This document shows, one piece after another, positions 63,154-64,000 of a stretch of DNA of 64,000 nucleotides (position 1 is its first letter; every line of letters begins with the position of its first letter). The translations under genes and the position numbers were made by a program. The DNA lies in the IMG/VR virus record IMGVR_UViG_3300028591_000136, positions 37,108 to 101,107 of that record; one strand, given 5' to 3'. The notes below the pieces were generated by a model that was given only the letters and a program-made list of their open reading frames with translations, searched no databases and was not told the DNA's origin. The stretch comes from a virus (taxonomy: Duplodnaviria; Caudoviricetes).

Positions 63154-64000
63154 TTAATATGTACCTAATTTTTCAGATTGACCAGCTTTTAGATTTTTAT
63201 TTGTTTCTCTTGTATCCCATACACCAAAGCCAGTCCAATTATTATAATCTGGATATACATTAAACTCTCTCATTCCTGTAGAAGGGGTAATAGTACTTAA
63301 ATCATAATGTACTTCATTAGGTACAAAAGAATTAGTAGTACGATCATAATGTGAACCTACTTTTCCAATCTGCGTTGGACCAGGGCCAATATTTTCTTTA
63401 TACCCGCTCAAATAAGCACCACCGCTAGTACTTGCACTTTGTAAGTTTATGTCATAATAAGCATCTTTCTTAAATACAATTTTTCCTGAATTATCTGTTA
63501 TAGTAACTCTAACTTTTGGCATAACACTAAACGATCCTGTATCCTTTCTTAAAGAACTATATCCTGTACCAAGCGGAGTAATAGTAGTATTTGAAGCTCC
63601 GTATGTATTTATAGCTCTTCTTATAGAATTTGTAGTAGAATTTCTATGCTCTTTTGTAAATCCTGCGGTATTTGAAACTATATCGTATACTCCGTACAAT
63701 TTATTTACATCTTCTAGAGTAGCCTATACAACTCTATCGTTTCCAGAAATAGTATCTCCAATTGCACCAGCAACTGATTTAGAATCCATAGGAATTGAGA
63801 ACTGCTTTTCGAATGCAATCATCATATTTCCAGAGCTCTTACCATTTTGCTGTTTTCCAAAATCAGTAAATACTTTATCTGCCTCTTTACCAAACTATCC
63901 ATAAGAATTATACATGTCCTTCCAATGTTTGGTAATTCCGTTTGCACTCCAAGCATTTGCCATTCCTTTATCATACCATCGCTACGCTAACGATAGTCCA
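63154..64000 (-). CDS. Virion-associated protein, TAG-recoded; 5' end outside the window
   Basis: ORF 63154-63699 extends upstream through in-frame TAGs at 63724, 63895 and 63982. Confidence 0.7.

Noticed and set aside
43293-64000. Many separate small genes or pseudogenes, as suggested by the ORF track
   Set aside because: Fragments are collinear in a single frame and broken only by TAG. Recoding explains them.

Overview
A 64 kb segment of a crAss-like (Crassvirales) phage of a Bacteroidota host. It has three blocks. (1) A late/structural block (1-11.3 kb, mostly minus strand) in which TAG is read as sense, almost certainly Gln. It holds a LamG/CotH-like virion protein, tail-like proteins, dUTPase, IHF-like and GroES-like proteins, and an amber-suppressor tRNA(CUA), all downstream of a divergent pair of ECF-sigma-type promoters. 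(2) A standard-code plus-strand early/replication block (11.7-43.2 kb) with many small ORFs, an ECF sigma factor, PolB, DnaB-like helicase, AAA ATPases, SSB, primase and PD-(D/E)XK nucleases. This block is unusually rich in RNA elements: three canonical tRNAs, several tRNA-shaped elements with abnormal anticodon arms, a circularly permuted tmRNA, a free-standing group I intron core and several long structured non-coding tracts. (3) A TAG-recoded minus-strand block (43.3-64 kb) with a ~4950-aa virion RNA polymerase polyprotein and flanking giant proteins. The best candidate for a new system is a GARCY-N2-3-RAGYCA motif. It sits at the start codons of the replication genes and is also arrayed in hairpin loops in a non-coding tract, which resembles a Csr-like translational operator plus sponge RNA. 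All calls come from manual reading; no searches or folding programs were run.
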